A DNA stretch of 64,000 bases from Octopus vulgaris (Eukaryota). The notes below the pieces were generated by a model, which saw only the letters and a program-made list of their open reading frames with translations, searched no databases and was not told the origin of the DNA. Of the stretch, positions 1 through 16,465 are shown in pieces (position 1 is the stretch's first letter; each line of letters starts with the position of its first letter). The position numbers were made by a program, and so were the translations under genes. The DNA is taken from positions 84,816,001-84,880,000 of the forward strand of contig OX597823.1 of assembly GCA_951406725.2 (NCBI GenBank). The letters run 5' to 3'.

Positions 1-357
1 AATGAACAAAAAAAGCACGCAATGTATATATATATGTATTGATAAGTAAATATACAATAAAAGGGAGATTATTAGATAAGTAAATATATAAATAAAAGGG
101 AGATAAATCAAATCATAAAAAAATATGATATGAGTATGTAACAAATAAAAAAAATAAATGAATAAATAAAAGAAAGTAATAATATTAATAAATATGAAAG
201 ATAAAGAATAGGACACGGTAAATAGATTAAGGAAGATAATTATATAATTAATACCCTAATAGAGAGCAAATTTTAGATTTCAACAATGAATATCTTTAAA
301 GTTGTTAGTCTTTATTTCGCTTGAGTTGTTGCTGCCGGTGTTGTTGTTGTTAATTGA

Positions 358-358
358 T

Positions 359-397
<39 letters not shown>

Positions 398-434
398 GTT
401 GTCGTCGTCGTCGTCATCGGTTCCACTTTTATCC

Positions 435-522
<88 letters not shown>

Positions 523-555
523 CATTATTATCATTATTATTTTAATCATTATTAT
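358..555. repeat. (CAT)n/(ATT)n compound trinucleotide microsatellite
   Basis: Direct reading; produces the poly-Ile/poly-Leu ORFs. Confidence 0.95.
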
Positions 556-1489
556 CACTATTGCTATTATTAATGGATTGCAGAATGGGAACGTGTCTGG
601 TAATATATCCTGCGGTATCTGACCTAGCTCCATCTCGTTGTCAGTTCGATACGGTCTTTCATTTTCGGTGGGTCGATGTCTATAGAATAAGTACTAGTCA
701 AATACTCGGGTTATTTCATTCGACTACGTAACGTAGCTCGGGTTATCAATGGCCTGAGTCGGGTGGAGGACTGGGCAATGACAATTTTAGCGACCCTTCA
801 TCTACATCACACATTAATTAAGAAGCCAAATAAACTAGATGAAATTTTACGCCTCATGCGGCTTTTCCTTTCTGCTTCTTCGTACATCTCTAAATCGACT
901 AAACTCTTTCTCACAATTTGTGTCCAGCTAAATCTTCTCTGTGGCATTTGCCTCTTGTTATAAGAAGCTTGTTTCACAACCACATGCTTCCGGTTTTTGT
1001 CCCACAATAAAAATATAAAAAGTAATTGTCAGAGTTTGATCGGAACGTTAATGCGTCAAATAAAACATGTGAAACGAATTTTAATGGAGGGTTTCAGTTA
1101 CGTGCAAAAGTTTCAGAAACCTATTCAAGCGGTTTCGACTATATGAGAAGTATTGATAGGATTCATAGGATAAACTAGCGTGGAATTGAACAGATTGTAC
1201 TAGAAAATGCAGACTCGTACGTTGTTGATATATTAGGTAGCGTGATGTGTCGGTTATTACTGCACGGTCTACGCTTGATCCAAGACAGCCGTTCGGTCAA
1301 ATCGCGCTGACGTGCAGAAACACGTATCGGACGGATAACGATCGAAAAATATTTACCGCCATTGCTGTCCAGGATCTTTACTGATGTACCAGCTTCAGCG
1401 CGTACGCGCACATCGTTTGTGGTACAGGAAGAAGTAGACGAGGGTTTAAGTGAAACAGAAAATGTCTGTACTTAATCATGCCACTTCTG

Positions 1490-1700
1490 CTCAACTCGCG
1501 AGGTCGTGGTTCCATTCCTGGAGCAGGCAGTACGTTGTGTTATACTGCAAAACACATCATCCCACGTTGCTATGCGATCACTTCGATACTTGACGAATGA
1601 TACGCCGTGTACCTGTCCAAGCAATGTCGATTTGATGGAGGGAGTGAGCTAACATACCCACATACCTTTGATCACTATTAACAAATCATTTGTGCAGATT
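1490..1700 (+). mobile_element. Decayed tRNA-headed SINE related to family D
   Basis: ctcgcgaggtcgtggttccattcc...gttgtgttatactgcaaaacacatcatcccacgttgct resembles the head/central domain of copies at 14103 and 21085. Confidence 0.4.
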
Positions 1701-2261
1701 TTTCTAGGACTACAAGAAACTACCATCATCATTACTTATCAATGTCATTCGATAATAACAAAAGTCTTTATATTCTATAAAGAAACCAGTGACAAAAATC
1801 TTCCTTCTTTCTTTCCTTCCTTCCTTCCTTCCTTCCTGTCTTCCTTCCTTCCTTCTTTCATTCCTATATTTCTTTCTTCCTCTCTCTCTCTCCGTTTGCT
1901 ACGCCTACACGTGTTTCTGTTCATGAACCTTCGTATCCTACACCCAATGTTCATACCTTTTGGGGGGAAAGTCACAGAAATGATTCTCTCGTTGACTTCA
2001 GCTGGCTTATTAACACCTTACTTTGCTTAATCTCCTTCTCTTTGAAGGTTAGCATTGAGGCACAGGAACTATATACAGCAAAGGCAGAGAAGAGGTAGTT
2101 CAGGTGCCATGAGACCATGCCCTCACTCTGGTAAATTTTTATGTCAAAAGTTAATAGGCAAGTCTCTCTCCGACTCTTGTATATATCAGCTACAAGACCT
2201 TCTGTTATTTTATGGTGAACTGAGGACGTTCATAAGCTATAACAAAAATAAGAGAACATCT

Positions 2262-2415
2262 CCGTAACTTAACGGTTCGGCAAAAGAGAACGATAGCATA
2301 CGTACCAGGCTTTAAAAGAATAAAATAAGTACTAGGATCGCTTCATACAGTTAAAAATTCTTGAAGTTGGTGCCCCAGCATGGCCGCAATCTAATGACTG
2401 AAACAAGTAAAAAAG
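2262..2415 (+). mobile_element. SINE family B, 3' fragment
   Basis: ccgtaacttaacggttcggcaaaagag...cagcatggccgcaatctaatgactgaaacaagtaaaa matches 3' half of the copy at 37751-38157. Confidence 0.8.
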
Positions 2416-3097
2416 CAAAAGTACGAAAGAAAATATAACGTGGGCTAAACAACAGTTTATACTGTTACATAATCGATAACGGATATTATAACCTATCACA
2501 TACCCTACAAAAAACATACTCTGAGATCATAGACTATACAGATATTACCCAATGCTATTACACAACCGAGACAACTCTCTCAGCATTACGTAGCAACATA
2601 CTCTACAAAGTAGCTACCATACAATAGTAAAATACACTGAACACGATACACAGCCCATACGAAAACACAACCTATACTCAATAAAAATGAAAATAACACA
2701 AAACGTGTTGCGTATATAGTATTATATATACAACAATCGGGCGAAAAACACTAAAGAACGGTTACAACGAAACAAACCAAGAGAGAACAATATACAAAGC
2801 TGTAACATAACAACAACAAAAAGAAACAAAAGAAAACACATCTTGCATACAAACACTATTTTGCTCTTCACCTTTAAAAGATTATGATGCAAATACACAT
2901 ACGCACATATACACACAACGCACACACACACGTCTCAAAAGCATAGAGGTGCATCTGGCAAAGCAGTAGAAACTCGCATGAAACCATTCCGAAACTGGCT
3001 ATGGTAACAACAACAACCACAACAACAATAATAAACACGTTGATAACAATAATAAAAATAATAACAACTCTTAATAGTAATAACTAGAACGGGAAAT

Positions 3098-4300
<1,203 letters not shown>

Positions 4301-4901
4301 TTGTTATCAATTCTCACCGTTGTGACGTGATGGACTGTCATGGGCATTAGTCTACTTTCTCTTCGCCGTGTGTTTGCGCTGTTTCTCTCTTTGAGCATTG
4401 TTACCCGTGAACGTTAGAATGTTTTATGCTCTTTGCCAATGCATACATATTGCTTATTTCCCATGTTAAATCTCATCTTTTCATAAACACTGAAAGATCT
4501 CGCTATTCATAGAAAACTGTATTATACACACTTTCATACAGAATATAAGCTTACTTACAGTCTTATATGCAGGACACTATAGTGTGTGTATGTGTGCCTG
4601 TGTGTGCATGTGTGTATGTAAACGAGTATGTATATGTGTATGTATGTGTATGTATGTATGTACATGTGTGAATGTATGCATGTATATATGTATGTGTGTA
4701 TCTGTGAATGTGTGTATGCATGTATGTGTGTATGTATGTGTGTATGTATCTGTGAATGTGTGTATGTGTGCATGAATGTATGTGTGTATGCATGTATGTG
4801 TGAATATATGGATGCATTCAGGTATACATATACACAGGTATAGATAAATAAATACACACACACACATATACACATACACGCATACACACATATATGTATA
4901 C

Positions 4902-4936
<35 letters not shown>

Positions 4937-5029
4937 ATGAGAGATAAAGACATAGACTGATAAATAAACACGTATAAATAGAGATATAAATAACTTACAA
5001 GATAAATAGGTAGAACGATAGACAGAAAT

Positions 5030-5418
<389 letters not shown>

Positions 5419-6079
5419 CCGACTGACCAAACGACAGTGTCAGACAAACAGACACACAAACAGATAGATGGCCAGAGATCAAACAGTAAGAATTTATATA
5501 TGTAAATGTGAAATTACATGTGTGTATGATGACGTGTTTGTATGTGGTTGAGCGTGTTAGTTAACCATACAGATTACGATAGACAATTGAGTGATGGTCT
5601 TGAGTTTCTTCAAAGTATCCTTTCTTCTTACTACAATGCCTACACACACACAAACACACACACACACACACGCACACACACACACACATACACACACACA
5701 CACATATATATATATAGATATATATATGCATATATTCGCATACAAGTATGCATACAAGACAATCATATTGGTACTCAAATGTGTTATATGTTAATACGAA
5801 GAGACTAAACCAGATAGAGCTATACGTAACAAATACATGCTCAGAAACACGTTCCACGTATATATATATGTATATACAGACAATTGTACACGGACGTACT
5901 CCCGTACACAGACACACACATGCACAACTACATACATACATACATACATATATGTGTTTACGTGTGTATGTTTGTGTGTAAGTGTACATGCGGATATATT
6001 AACATCAAACGTGTATAAACAAGAATCTGAGATCATACGCTTATAATCTATTTCACTCACATCTCCCCTTTAGTCCCTC

Positions 6080-6151
6080 ACACATACATGTAACATACAC
6101 ATATATGCATGTATATACACACACACACACGCACACATATGTATATATATG

Positions 6152-6209
<58 letters not shown>

Positions 6210-7300
6210 TGTATCTATGTATATATGTGTATGTTTGAATATGTGAATGTATATGCGAATGCATATACCTATGTGTCTGTGTGTGCGTGTATATATATAG
6301 ATGTATGTATATATGTATGTATGTGTGTGTATGTGTTTGTGCGTTTGTGTTTCTCTGTGTGTGTGTGTGTGTGTGAATATATGCAACTTGATGCAGATCA
6401 TGTTAACAGTGAACACATACATACATACATACATACATACATACATACATACATACATACATACATACATACATACATTCACACAGACACGCGCACATAC
6501 ACATATAGACATAAATGCAAACACAGACACAAACAAATACAATTACACGCACTCTCTCTCACACACACATAATCACACACACATTTATATCTATTGTATG
6601 TGTTATGTGCGTGCGTGTGTATATGACGAGGCATATACGTTCGCGTATGTATGCGTTTGTGTGTATGTAAGCATTTCTACGCTCATGCATATGTATGCAT
6701 ATGTGTGTGTGTGTGTGTGTGTGTGCGTGTGTTTGTGTATGCAAGAATATATGTGTCTGATGTATATGTGTTGAGAAAATTTTTAACTCTCTTAGCGTTT
6801 CTGCTTCAACATACAGATAGATAGGTAGATATATAGGTAGACAGATAAATCGATAGATAAAGAGATAGATAAGGGTGAGTGAGAGAGAGAGAGAGGGGGA
6901 GAGAGAGAAAGAGATAGAGAAGAACGAAAGGGAGAAAGAGAGGAGAGTAAGAGAAGAGAGACCAAGAGAGTGATTGAGATAAAAGAGAGATATGAAGAAA
7001 AAATAATAACAATTTCAAAGTGATCTAAAAAGAAAGGTCATAATAAGATGGCTAATACATCTCTTTGGGGATAGGAAGATTGTTTAACCTTTAATATAAA
7101 TGGAAACAAACAAGACCATTATTAATAAGGCTAAAGACACATGTGATACACAAGAGATTGGAGAGATTTAGAGAGGGAGAGAGAGAGAGATTAAGAGAGA
7201 GAGAGAGAGATAGAAAGAGAGAGAGGTGGTAGGAGTAGATTAAAGGGAATGAGATGGAGGTGGGGAAGATGTGAAACAGAAAGAGAAGACAGAGAGAGCG

Positions 7301-7336
<36 letters not shown>

Positions 7337-7811
7337 AACGAAGACAGTTACTTAGATATATATATAAATATATCTATATATATATATATATGTATATCCA
7401 TGAGTTTTTGTGTATGTATGTATGTATATATTATAAATATATATATTGTCATATATTTATATATATATATTGTATATTATATATATTATATTTCACATAA
7501 ATGTATATATGTATGTGTGTATATATATATATATATATGCACGTATAAAGATACACACACACACACGCATACGCACGCACACACATATGTATATATTGTA
7601 TGTGTGTAGGTAAGGATATATGAAGAGAGAAAGAAGTGTGAGAGGCAAAGAAAGGATATATAAAGAGTGTGAAAGATTGAGAGAGTGAGAGAGAAGTAGA
7701 GAAAGCGTGAGAAAGTGAAAGGCAGAGAGACAGAGTGTGTGAGAGAGAGCGAAGAAGATGAATGAGGATATAAAACAAGATATTTAGAAGTACATATATA
7801 TATACACATAC

Positions 7812-7842
<31 letters not shown>

Positions 7843-7988
7843 TATCCATATATATATATACACATATATATATACATACATATATATCTATATATTAATA
7901 CATACATATATATGCATATATATATATATCCATATATATTTACATATATATACATACATATATATTTATATGTATAATACATATATAC

Positions 7989-8055
<67 letters not shown>

Positions 8056-8133
8056 ATACATATATATATATATACATATATATTTATATATTAATACATA
8101 TATATATAACAAAAGAGGGCTGTATACATATGC

Positions 8134-8188
<55 letters not shown>

Positions 8189-8225
8189 AATAAATGTGTA
8201 TGTGTTTGTATGTATGTATATACAG
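6080..8225. repeat. Mixed (TA)n/(TG)n/(CATA)n/(GA)n microsatellite field
   Basis: Direct reading. Confidence 0.85.
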
Positions 8226-8534
8226 AGAAGGTGAGAGAAAGGGACATAACGTGTGTGGGAGGTGTGTACATGGACTGGATGAAGATATATAATAATGGCT
8301 GTGTTCAGAAAAATAGAACATAAAAGATACTCGTCTTAGAAAGAAAGATATAATGAAGAAAGTTATATCAACGCAGAATATTGTTTGTTTATCTCAATGG
8401 CGAAATAATAACAAAGAGAGAATGCAACATTCGGCGGCGAGTTTCTCAAAACATTTTGATGAGCGAGCAGACGTATTTGTAATACTGTGTCGGTCTAAAT
8501 ATATTTGTTGCTCTAACTGTAGCAGCAATAGTAA

Positions 8535-8940
8535 GGAGGAGGAGGAGGGGGGAAGAGGAGGAGGAAGGAGAAGAAGTAGAAGAAGAAGAGGAAGAAGGAG
8601 AAGAGGGAAGAAGAGGAAGAATAAGAATAATAAGATGATGATGAAAAAGAAGAAGAAGGAGGGGGAGGAGTAGGAGAAGAAAGAGAAGAAGAAGTATAAG
8701 AAGAAAAAGAAGGAGAAGGAGAAGAAGAATAAGATGATGATGATGAAGAAGAAGATGAAGGAGGAGAAGGGGGAGGAGAAAAAGGAGAAGAAGAAGAATA
8801 AGATGATGATGATGAAGAAGAAGATGAAGGAGGAGAAGGGGGAGGAGAAAAAGGAGAAGAAGAAGAAGAAGAAGAAGAAGAAGAAGAAGAAGAAGAAGAA
8901 GAAGAAGAAGAAGAAGAAGAAGAAGAAGAAGATGACGAAG
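8535..8940. repeat. (GAG/AAG)n purine tract with internal ~69 bp direct duplication
   Basis: aagaataagatgatgatgatgaagaagaagatgaaggaggagaagggggaggagaaaaaggag occurs twice in tandem (about 8725-8860). Confidence 0.9.
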
Positions 8941-9474
8941 AAGGATATCAACACAACAATAATACACACAAACACATATACATATATAAAAAGGAAGGAC
9001 AACAGAGCTTTATAGATTTACTTGTGCATTATAGACTTACAACTGTTTCCGATTTTCTTTTTGGGTGCGTTCGTTACTCCGTTTAATAATTGGCCGAATG
9101 GCCAAGTAGAAATAGGGAATACACACAAATATGTAAAGCCTATCATTTATGCCTTTTTTTGTAGATCACTCTCTGAAAGCTTACCGTATTAGATTAGTAA
9201 TGCAACTACGGAATTACAATTTCGACTGCTGATGGACAACCATTTCGGCCCCCTCCTTAGAATTATCCGCAGTCCTATAGGAATCACAACACCTTTTGGT
9301 AGCCTTGTCTGTTTGTAGAAACGGAAAGCTTAAGAAATATTATGCCTAGATTGATAATCCATTAATAACTCCTTATACATACATACACATACATGCATAC
9401 ACATACATACATACATACATACATACATACATACATACATACATACATACATACATGCATACATACATACATAA

Positions 9475-9990
9475 ATTCAAAGACGGAACAAGAATGCAAC
9501 GGACGACAATAAAAACATACGGTCAGATGAACGATACAAAGACAGACAGGAAAACCAGGACGGAACATTCGTGGCTTTCTATTTATCAGTCAAGCTTCCA
9601 ATCATCACTACAGTTTCGGCCTGTTACACTTGAGACTATTCAAAATTGGTAGGCTCCAAAATCTAAGCTAAGGACATTAAATTTTTGGAAGAAAGCGAGA
9701 GACTATGTGCGACAACACGGACATAATACGAGAAAACGGAGAAAATGTTACACGATAACAAATACAAACAGCAAGAGAATAACAACAGGTGTCTTTCGAC
9801 TAATAAGCAAAAATTAAGTAGAGCGGGCGTGTGGAGTGAAAGCCTTGAGGCAAAGAACATAGATGAAAGTCAGGAGACAGGAAAATAAGGTGTTGTACGA
9901 GCGACAGTCAGGCCAAGAAAGAAAGATCATGCTTGGCCGACCGCCGAGCACATGAGAGGAACAGAGAGAGGTAGGGAGCAGAAGGATTGA
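9475..9990. mobile_element. Unclassified interspersed repeat, family F
   Basis: Shares ggaacaagaa..caa..gacgacaa, ttccttggaagaaagc-like and ataacaacaggtgtctttcgacta blocks with 19070-19555 (inverted), 47445-47900, 59355-59455 and 60612-61130. Confidence 0.7.
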
Positions 9991-10007
9991 AGAATCTGGG
10001 AAGGAAC

Positions 10008-10077
<70 letters not shown>

Positions 10078-10418
10078 TATAACAGGGAAAGGTACAAGGG
10101 AGATAACAGAGGAAAATAAAGAGATTGAAAAAAAGAGGGAGAATGCTAAGAAATGTGAGAGAGGGGGAGGGAGAAAAAGAAAAGAGGAAAGAATGAAGAA
10201 AGTCGTTGAGAATTTAGATATATACTTACAAGCTGAGCAAACATACGTACATACATACAGACACACACACACTTATATTTATACACATACATACATACAT
10301 ACATATATATATATACACAACTAAGCACATAAATGGAAAACTAGATGGAAAAAGTAGTACGCGAATACCTAATGCAGAGTAATACTTTTTTTTATTAAAG
10401 CTGCAAAATCCTCACAAA

Positions 10419-10451
10419 CTGTTACTCAGAGTTTCACATTCCCGTTCGTCG
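10419..10451 (-). ncRNA. Truncated hammerhead ribozyme relic (same family as 60477-60514)
   Basis: Minus strand: cgacga-acg ggaa tgt-gaaa-ctctgag-ta-acag; the 5' stem I strand is missing. Confidence 0.45.
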
Positions 10452-10572
10452 TTGTGATGAATTCTGAACATAATAAGTATTCAGGCTCATGACGCAATCA
10501 CCCATTCTTAACACAAATCTGTATACACCGTATTACTAATTGATTACTTTGTCTCATAACATTATATATATT

Positions 10573-10634
<62 letters not shown>

Positions 10635-10861
10635 TATATATATATGCATATAGTTATGTATGAACGTAAAATATTTAGATTCATGGAATCGTACGACTAT
10701 CACAGAAATCCCCTCTTATGGACTCGGCTAGCAGTCTACTTAATAATCAAATACAAAGAGGTATGGAAATATGTTCCGCCTAACTGAAAATCCAGAACAT
10801 CCGAAGGATGAAATTATTTCATACGGATTATATAAAAACATAAAATCTGTAGGTATGACAG

Positions 10862-10925
<64 letters not shown>

Positions 10926-11291
10926 ATGTGTGTGTGTATGTGTGTGTATGTGTGTGTGTGTATATGTATATATATGTTTATTTAACCACTTGATTTCCGT
11001 TGCGCTACGGTCGTTCCGTAAGCTTATTCTTGTAGTATAAATTTCAGTATGTAATATATTACGCTTACATTGTTACATTAATATGTATGATCAGCATTTA
11101 ATAATATAATGTTTATTTATTAATTAATGTAAATAAAGAATGCTAACACTTCAGACCAACTGAACACCATCGTTATACCAGACTTTAATTTTTGTTATGA
11201 CCATCATATTCTGCTGATCTGATCAGCCAGCATTCGTTCTTTCTTTTTGCATTAATTTATGAATATAGATTATTATTGAATAATATTTTCT

Positions 11292-11497
11292 ATTATAAGC
11301 ACTAGTCCTGAAATTTTGGGGAGGGGGATAGTCGATTACATCGACCCCAGTAATCAAATGGTACTTAATTTATCGACCTCAAAAGGATGGAATGTAAAGC
11401 TGACCTCGGCGGAATTTGAATTCAGAACGTAGTGACGGGCGAAATACCGGAAAGCATTTCGTCCAGTGTGCTAACGATTCTGCCAGCTCGCCGTCTT
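11292..11497 (-). mobile_element. SINE family A
   Basis: Reverse complement of ggcgagctggcagaa..gttagcac...gagttcaaattccgccgaggtc...cctttcatcct..ggtcgataaattaagtacc. Confidence 0.85.
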
Positions 11498-11894
11498 AAT
11501 CGTATACAATAATGCTGAGCATAATTTCTCGTATGCGCGTAAGTTCTATACTGAAATTAATACTACATGTAGAAAGGTTGCAAAACGGCTGTAATCCTAC
11601 GGAAGTGATTTGGTTAACTAAATCTGTATTCACCTCTCATTCTACCTAATAACTGACTTTATGGTGACACACACACGAACAAGCACGGTCGTACTCAGAA
11701 ATAGACACACACACACACGCACGTACACACATAAACGCGTGCACACACACATACTCACACGCATATAATGCACCACAAGCCCTTATGAGAGATACTCTCA
11801 AGGTAGATGACACAGCTCTAACACAACACTCATTTTAGGTTGGAGATGAAGATTACCTCTTTGGTGTTAATTCCACTTTTGTTATTATTAATTA

Positions 11895-12099
11895 TACTCT
11901 CTTTACTTGTTTCAGTCATTTGACTGCGGCCATGCTGGAGCACCGCCTTTAGTCGAGCAAATCGACCTCCAGGACTTATTTTTTGTAAGCCCAGTACTTA
12001 TTCTATAGGTCTCTTTTGCCGAACCGCTAAGTTACGGGGACGTAAATACACCAACATCGGTTGTCAAGCGATGTTGGTGGGACAAACACAGACACACCA

Positions 12100-12168
<69 letters not shown>

Positions 12169-12340
12169 CATATACATATATACGACGGGCGTCTTTCAGT
12201 CCCCGTCTACGAAATCCACTCACAAGGATTTGGCCGGCCCGAGGCTATAGTAGAAGAAACTTGCGCAAGGTACCACACTGTGGGACTGAACCCGGAGCCA
12301 TGTGTTTGGTAGGCAAGCTACTGACCAAACAGCCACTCTA
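11895..12340 (-). mobile_element. SINE family B with internal (CA)n(TA)n tract, near full length
   Basis: Reverse complement of the copy at 37751-38157. Confidence 0.9.
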
Positions 12341-13019
12341 TTATTTAATCTTAACAAAGTGTCACAAATTCTCATTTATATGAAACTATTATTCACACTG
12401 AAAACTCTTCTGTTTAGTTACATCCTTTATTAACCTTCGATTTCGATTCGAAATGACATCCGTTCAGTATATCCTTTACACAGTTATCATATTTGCTTCG
12501 ATTTGCGTTGCTTTGGTTTGCTTTGCCTTGCTCTACATAGCGCTGACTCGCTCTGCATTGCGTTGCCTTGCATCTTCTCTTCGCCTTTGTTTGTACTTAG
12601 ATCGTCAACTCGACTCAACTCTACCAGATTCTACAGAAAGAAAATTTAAAGTGAAACAATAATTAATAAACTTCATACCGAGATATTTAAAAAATAGAGA
12701 GAGAAATATAATGTCTTGCTTTCCTAGAACTGATGCTGATATGATTGGTTCGAAGCATAAAGAATGAAATATAAAGTAATTCCATTTATTTTTGCTCTGT
12801 TTAATATTTTTGAAATCGAATTTGTATAAAAGTACTCCTTTTGTTTCCTTTAAGCTGCAGGGAATCTGGTATCAAGATATTATTTTTACCATTAATTGCC
12901 TTTTAGATCTTTTTGAAAATCTTGGCTTTCATTTGCTCTAGGGAAATAATTTTGTTTAAAATTCTTGAAACTATTTCCCTCACATTCTATCCACTTGCAA
13001 CGTAATAAGATGAATAAAA

Positions 13020-13060
13020 TGTATATATACTAAGATGTATATATATATAAATATATATGA

Positions 13061-13105
<45 letters not shown>

Positions 13106-13110
13106 CACAC

Positions 13111-13150
<40 letters not shown>

Positions 13151-13156
13151 ACACAC

Positions 13157-13192
<36 letters not shown>

Positions 13193-13580
13193 TCATATAC
13201 GTATAAATATGGATAGTTTAAGTATATATTTGTATATGTAAACATAGATATATTACTATTATATAATATATATGCAATTATTTACATATTATATATGTAT
13301 GTATGTGTGTGTACATACATACATTCATATATATATATATACATACATACATGCATACATACATACATACAAACGTACACACACATACATATATATATAC
13401 ATACATACATACATACATACATACATACATACATGCATACATACATACACACGCACATACATTCATACCTACATACACACACACACACGCATACATACAT
13501 ACATACATACATACATACATACATACATGCATACATACATACACAGAGCAACACACACACACACACACACACACATACGT
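13020..13580. repeat. (TA)n/(CATA)n/(CA)n microsatellite field
   Basis: Direct reading. Confidence 0.9.
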
Positions 13581-14102
13581 TTAATGTTTATTCTATACTA
13601 ATGGATTACTTATCCAAAACAAATATATAATTTGTTATTCGTTTTTGGTTATTATTGCTGTGTATATCATATTTGTTTGTTTTCCATTATGTTTTGCTTG
13701 TTTTGCTGGTTTTTTTTTATTTTTATTTTCCTTATAAATTAATTTTGTAAAATGCATAATGATTTCAAAGTTACCTTTATTGAAAAGTTTTGAAGTCCAA
13801 ATCTCGTTATATATGTGTTGCACCAGATAAATTGATAGCTTCAAAACATAACGTTGTATTGAAGAAAAATATCATTCTGATATCGTATTTTTGTTCCTGC
13901 TTTAATCTTTTCTTTTGGCAAATCATAGTTTGAGTTTTAATAGCAGAGATTCAAACTAATTAATGTGTATAAATCCCCACAAAATATCCTTAATAATCTC
14001 TCCTTTACAAATAAGTTGTAGGTGATGGTGGGGGATTTTACAAGTGTCACAAAATACTTGAAACAGCTGTCAGATAACTTTCTATTTACATTAAGTTACA
14101 TG

Positions 14103-14420
14103 TGAAGGCAAGTGACTTAGTAGTTAGGGCATTCGACTCAAGATTTTAAGGTCGTGAGTTCAATTCCCAGCGACGCATTGTGTCCTTGAGCAAGACACTT
14201 TATTTCACGTTGCTCCAGTCCACTCAGCTGGCAAAAATGAGTTGTGCCTGTATTTCAAAGAGCCAGCCTTGTCATTCTCTGTGTCACGCTGAATCACCCT
14301 GAGAACTACGTTAGGGGTACACGTGGCTGTGGATTACTCAGCTATTTGCACGTTAATTTCACGAGCAAGCTGTACTGTTGATCGTATCAGCTGGGACCCT
14401 CGTCGTCATAACCGACGGAA
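14103..14420 (+). mobile_element. SINE family D (tRNA head plus ccttgagcaagacactttatttcacgttgctccagtccactcagctg central domain)
   Basis: A-box/B-box-like head (tagtagttagg; gagttcaattcc); central domain shared with 16466, 21085 and 55732 copies. Confidence 0.8.
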
Positions 14421-14529
14421 TGCTCCTGGAGTTACACAGAAAAGAAAAACAAAGGAAATTTTGGACAACTTACTCGTAGATACATTACCTGAAGAAAAAG
14501 ACGAGTTGATTTGACTACAGTTATCCTTT

Positions 14530-14746
14530 GTCCTTTGCTTGTGTCAGACATTCAACGGCGGTCATGCTAGGGGAACCCTCTAGAAGAATCTTTAGTCGAA
14601 CATATGATTCCAGTAATGACTTTTCTTCAAATCGATTACTTATGCTATTGTCACTTTTGCCGAACCGCTAAGTTAAGGAGAAGTAAACACACCAACGACG
14701 GTGATGGGGGACAAACACAGACACAAAGGCGTAGATACGCACACAC

Positions 14747-14798
<52 letters not shown>

Positions 14799-14803
14799 GT
14801 GTG

Positions 14804-14838
<35 letters not shown>

Positions 14839-14847
14839 GTGTGTGTG

Positions 14848-14913
<66 letters not shown>

Positions 14914-15070
14914 CGACGCTGCTTCTTTCAGTGTTTCTGTCTACAAAAATCCACTCACAAGGTCTTGGTCGGCCCGACGCTATAGTAGGAGACACTTGCT
15001 CAGGGTGCTACGCAGTATGTCTGAACTCGGAACCATATGATTAGGAATCAGACTTCTTACCACACAGCCA
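14530..15070 (-). mobile_element. SINE family B with expanded internal (TA)n
   Basis: ttttgccgaaccgctaagtt...aaatccactcacaagg..ttggtcggcccga..ctatag..gacacttgc..aagg. Confidence 0.85.
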
Positions 15071-16465
15071 TGTTGCTTGATAAAATAAATAAAATTTTGG
15101 ACAATTTAATGGTAGACAGACTCTTTAAAGTAAAAGAAAAGATGATTACGGTTGGAAGATCTTTGACTATAATTTAAAGATCTACTTGGTGAAGGTTTGT
15201 CGTGGTTAAACAAAACTAACAATATGGCGGCAGTCACAATTCCATATGTTTATGTAAATGAAAAACACATCGAGACGAAATATTAGTCTCAAATTTTGGC
15301 ACAAGGCCAGCAATTTTTGGGGGAGGGAATAAGTCGATTACATCACCAACAGTGTTCAACTTGTACTGTTGTCAAAGGAGGAATAGTGACAAAATTCCAA
15401 TATAAAATGCTTTCAAGGAAGCCACAAAGTTTTGGTCTCATATGACGGCACGCATATATATACACAAAGAAGGGTGAAGAAGAGATCTCCTCCTGGTGCA
15501 GGTTTTCAATGAGTACAAGATATTTTTCACCAATGAAGTTGTCTTTCTGTGACTATTAATTATTGACGAATGTATTTTTCCCCCTGGGGCGCTGAGACTC
15601 CTCGCAGCACCTCCCATTACATGCCTTTTTACTCTATTACCCGATCTAGTTTCCAGTCTGTCGTCTGGAAGTCATGTGAATGGGGCTTCGGCGCGGAATA
15701 TTAGAGAGAAAAAAGAGTGTTATCATCTGCGTATAGGTGTGGGTTTGCTGAAATTGTCGGTACATATTTTACTGACGTAAAGGCAAATACCCTGCAGGAT
15801 AAAGATCCAAACTAAGATAAAGATCCGAACTATGAGGGGGAAAGTCTGTAGAGTAAAGATCTGAATTGCTATATATGCGAGATATTAGCCTGTAGGAGAA
15901 AATTCCAAACCACAGTTAACCAGAAAGTACAGAAATACTTGAAGTAAAACCACCTAAAATCAGAAAGCTGTAGGTCACAGAACATATTTCAGATAAGCTC
16001 TCTGGTCTAAAACCATCAGTATAACTATTAGCAGTTGTAATTTTCATTATTACAAAAGCCACGGAGATGCAAGTAGAACGTTCATTATCACCGCGTGTCC
16101 AATTATTTACGAGATATTTACAACAAGGAAACCATTGTAGCTAATTACAATAGTGAATATACGAACTAAAACTAGATAGGAAAACGTTTGTTAACAAAAC
16201 AAACACACTATTGGAAAAAAAAATAATAAAACCTCAGAAATTAGAAGATTAGCAAGAGAAGTTTTATTAAAGGCTATTATTGATCAAGTTTAGTCAAAAT
16301 TTAATTCATAGATATAAAACCCGTGTAATAAGCTAAGAAATGTCTAATATATAATTGTAATATTAAAGTAAAATTGGACTTTAATTGGTAGCGTAAAAGA
16401 CGCACGGGCAATATCGGGCAATATTAGACGTACCCCAATATCAGCAGCGTATATATTTGGTCAGT

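Noticed and set aside
807-1007. ORF faintly like an RTE LINE C-terminus (WTQIVRKSL..LEM.EE)
   Set aside because: Similarity too short to support a call
4310-4398. Possible first exon on the minus strand (ATG...caacg|gtgaga donor)
   Set aside because: Short peptide with no recognisable homology and no downstream exon identified
10781-10825. Hammerhead-like ctgaaaa-tcc..gga-tgaaa
   Set aside because: Core G missing, stem register off, no stem I
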